A stretch of 63,728 nt of DNA, filler included, from Rhabdomonas costata (Eukaryota), in NCBI GenBank assembly GCA_019059605.1. It is 24 parts of 24 records of this genome, joined end to end, with 100 filler letters (N's around TTAATTAATTAA, not from the genome) between each part and the next. Parts side by side here need not be neighbours in the genome. Positions count along the whole stretch, not along the records: positions 58,516 to 61,071 come from JAHMHO010002875.1; positions 61,172 to 63,728 come from JAHMHO010002876.1; 22 more parts are not named here. The stretch is one strand, 5' to 3'. Both the position numbers and the translations under genes were made by a program. The notes beneath the pieces were generated by a model. That model worked only from the letters and a program-made list of their open reading frames with translations, was not told where the DNA came from and made no database searches. Below, one piece after another: positions 60,365 through 63,728 of the stretch (its first letter is position 1; each line of letters begins with the position of its first letter).

Positions 60365-63300
60365 CGGCGGCTGGACGTTCCGGCCGGCCAACGGATGGGG
60401 AGGCTGGGTTGGTTGGTACTTAGGAAACAGAACACAATGTGCCGTTTTGATAGCCCCTTCTGCCAATCCTTCATGATGACATTTGGGACATGGCCATCAG
60501 GTGATGTGCGGAAAGGGGAGCGGAGGGGAGGGGAAGGGCACGTTGGACTGCTCATTCGATGAGCTCAGAACTAGCAGATTCTCGTGTACTGTGCAAGCCT
60601 GCACCGATCCGGTTTCTGATATGGTGTGGTTCCGGTTTGAGCATCCATTCCATGCTGCACGAGGTAGACCCCTTTCTACATGCACCCAAAACTGAACATG
60701 GCCTTACACCTCTATTCTGTTGAAACCAGTGGTGGCGCAACAACGTCTAAAAAAAACTATGGGGAATCGACCCCAAAGTAGTGCACAATACGATGGAGCG
60801 GGATCTCATTAAATCCGACGTTCCATAAAAAATCGCTGTTTTGGATTTGTGGATTTCAAATTGGAAACGCTCAGGCTACGTGCTACGCTTGAGACATGGG
60901 TGATCAACAAAAAAGACTCCGCGAAAAATATCAATCCTTATTCTGCTCCCGAACGGCACCTCTTTCAGCCGACAAAAAATCAATAGAATCGAGCAAATAC
61001 GAATCGCACCGAGGCAGTGATGCGGAATTTGCGGTCTCTTTCACTTGCTGTACTTGTGCACAACCTAAGAGNNNNNNNNNNNNNNNNNNNNNNNNNNNNN
61101 NNNNNNNNNNNNNNNTTAATTAATTAANNNNNNNNNNNNNNNNNNNNNNNNNNNNNNNNNNNNNNNNNNNNGGGTGTTGGTCATTAAAAGAGAAGCGGAA
61201 GTTGACCGAACAGATTTAGATGATAAGGAGTTCCAGTCATTCAGTTAGAATGAAGTTCTGGACTAAGAATATTGTGTAACCATGTGGGAGTCTTGGTGAA
61301 AGTAGTGCATGACAGTGTTTTTGCGATAATGACGCAGTGGAAAGAGGTTGTGAACACAAATGGGATTTTTCTTTGGTATCACCAGAAACAAAGAGCAAAA
61401 TGTGACTTCTTCAGTATAAAAAATACTTGCACATGAAAAAAGCAGCAAAGTGTGTCATAAGCAGTCATTTTCTGTCCAATTTCTACACAAAAGAACTGTA
61501 CAAAATAATTTAACCACTTTTCACGCCAGTGTTGTATCCTGATCACATCCACCTCCTCAAGGAGTGGTATAAGATTGCTCGAAGGATATTATGCTTTTCT
61601 GTCTTACCGCTCAGTGGCACTGCGGCCGGTACGAACAACCCGCTGGTGTCCGTCAAACCCACTGTCCATAATCGTCCACTGCTGCGAGGAAAGACTCCAG
61701 CATGTGTAGAGCTGGTCTTTACATGCGTAGGGGACGTACCTGTGGTGGCAGCGTGATTTCTCAAAGAAGACTGCATTATAGATTGAGTTACACAGCTCAC
61801 TGAACAACTGCGATCAAATAGCACCAACACCATACCAGCTGACCAAGCATTATTCAGGGCACATAGTAGCTGCCATTGTTTCAGCTCCGATGCGGTGGAT
61901 GCGATTTTCAAATGGTAGGCTCCAACACAGCCTCTGCATCTTTATGTGCTCTCTAATAAGTAAATACTGCTCCTCCGAAACCTCATCAGTCTCTCTAACG
62001 AAGGGTAGGTACCACACTGCAGCAACAGAGCACAAGCCAAATCTCTCATCCGTTTGCAGCACTACATCTGCTGCCAGCTTCGGCATATGTCATATGACCT
62101 TGGGACCTCGGAACCCAAGACGGAAGCGCCACAAATCTGCATGGTCCCAATAGATTGCAAGTGATGGCTGCTGGGCAAAGAATCGACTCGGCAAAAGGAG
62201 TTTTCTACCAGAAAACCACAGTCTCCTCCACAGTGACAGCAAATTGCGGTTCCAGACGAACAAATGGCAGTCCAATTAGCACGGGTTTTAGATGGAAATG
62301 CCACAGGTCAGGAGAATCAATGTGGATATACCGTGGACTCCTAATTATCCAGAATATACCAAGGAGACTCAAAGGTAATACAATTGTTAAGATAACGTTC
62401 TAGAGATGACTAAAAATAGAATGACGAGTGGTTGAATCTGTTCAAAACCCTTCACAAGAAGGTTCTGGGAAGTCCAGATGTTCCTGCTAGGTGCTGTGCA
62501 GCCACACGGTGTGGTAGAAGACGCTTATTGAGACTTGATGCTAAAAACACTTCACGGATAGCACTCTAAGCCTATTTTAAGTCAGAAAAAAGAGGAAACG
62601 TTATACTATGTTGTTTTTGTAGATGCATATCACAGGATGTTGGCAACACGCAGAAAGGAATAATAAGTTTCTAAGTGACGTTAATGTATAGGATGGGTAC
62701 AGAGGTTTGCTTGCACGCAAATCATCCATGGAGTTTAATCACGTTGATTTCAAGAAATGTTTTTGACATAAGTCTCAAGTGTTTCCAGTTACACCAAATC
62801 TGAATGACAATTATTGGTTTCCTCTTTTGTGTTAAATTGCAGTTAGGATGTGTCTGATATGAGGCAAGATCTATTTTTCATATGGGGAGTTGATACCCAC
62901 ACAATGTGTCTGAAGAAGTTGAGGTGGTTGTTTAACAAGGCAATGTAAATGGAGATTGGAAAAGTTTGAGAAGATAAGGAGCCTGAGAGTGTGGGTGTGT
63001 AGCAGGATGATCTTCAGGATGATCTTGGATGAGGAGCATTTGATACCATTTGTTTCTTGAGAGTGATTTATTCCATTTTCGCAAATGCTGGCTATTTATC
63101 CAGAAGAGGTCTTCATATCATAGGAGTCTTTATGCGCAGTGGAAGTTTGGGTTAAAGATTAGAGTGTGGTGTCGTTGTATGTGAGCAAGTGCGCGATAAT
63201 CAAGCTTTGTGTGTGTGGTTGTCGAGCATAGTGGAGTGGTATGTGTAAAGAGTGCATTTGAGCAATTCGTTGCAAGCTAATATCAAAATATCAATAAATT

Positions 63301-63728
63301 AAGCAGTTTTATGTCAAGAGTAAATTTTGGAGATGAATTTGAGTAATGCAGTGGATCAGACGTTAAACGAGAGCGAGAAATCAAGACCAGAATTGATTGA
63401 GGAGTTTGAATAATAGCAAGACTACTTTGGCGCTGTGATGTCCATGTTCTACTCAATGTATGCGCTTGGCAATGCAGATTATGACAGTTGGTGAATGGAC
63501 AGCGCATACTGAGTTTTGTGACGGAAGATGAAAGCGAAAAGATATAATAAGATATAATTGTATATAACGCTAACTGTAACTAAGTCTCTAACCATCGTGG
63601 CCAGCGAAGTATCTTAAACTATTTTCCCTCGTGCTTTTTTTGTACGACGCAGGGACATGTGCTACTGAATCAGAACATATGATCTCCAGTGACCGACACG
63701 TTTAATAGGAGATATGAACCAAAACCCC

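Noticed and set aside
61172-63728. Possible non-LTR retrotransposon ORF2 C-terminus on the minus strand
   Set aside because: Only vague Trp/Cys spacing in broken frames; not enough to call.

Overview
This is not one locus. It is a concatenation of 24 unrelated ~2.55 kb contigs joined by 100-nt artificial spacers (44 N + TTAATTAATTAA + 44 N), so adjacency across spacers means nothing. The DNA comes from an intron-rich eukaryote with GC-rich exons, GT-AG introns and TTAGGG repeats. It is most likely a euglenid (Euglenozoa), because it combines a kinetoplastid-type PKA regulatory subunit with a nuclear, intron-preceded nad7/NDUFS2 exon. Most contig ends carry G/T-only (5') or A/C-only (3') tails, a signature of primer-based single-cell whole-genome amplification, so rearrangements and single lesions need caution. 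I reconstructed partial spliced genes by hand: a TNY-type MAPK, an RRM protein, a CorA-like channel (GQN motif, one in-frame TAG), a pentameric ligand-gated ion channel subunit with a true C-x13-C Cys-loop, a one-exon-per-module Cys-rich surface protein, a PKA-R-like protein, NDUFS2, a NIDO-like secreted protein, and SLC35F6-like, MYCBP2-like, ABCC (exons circularly permuted), TEX264-like and WDR12-like genes. Mobile DNA includes an intact Merlin/IS1595-type transposase, a MITE, and degenerate CRE-like and DIRS-like retroelements. The best leads are the animal-style Cys-loop receptor and the predicted cAMP-independent PKA-R in a non-kinetoplastid euglenozoan. All family calls come from motif recognition by eye; no database searches were run.
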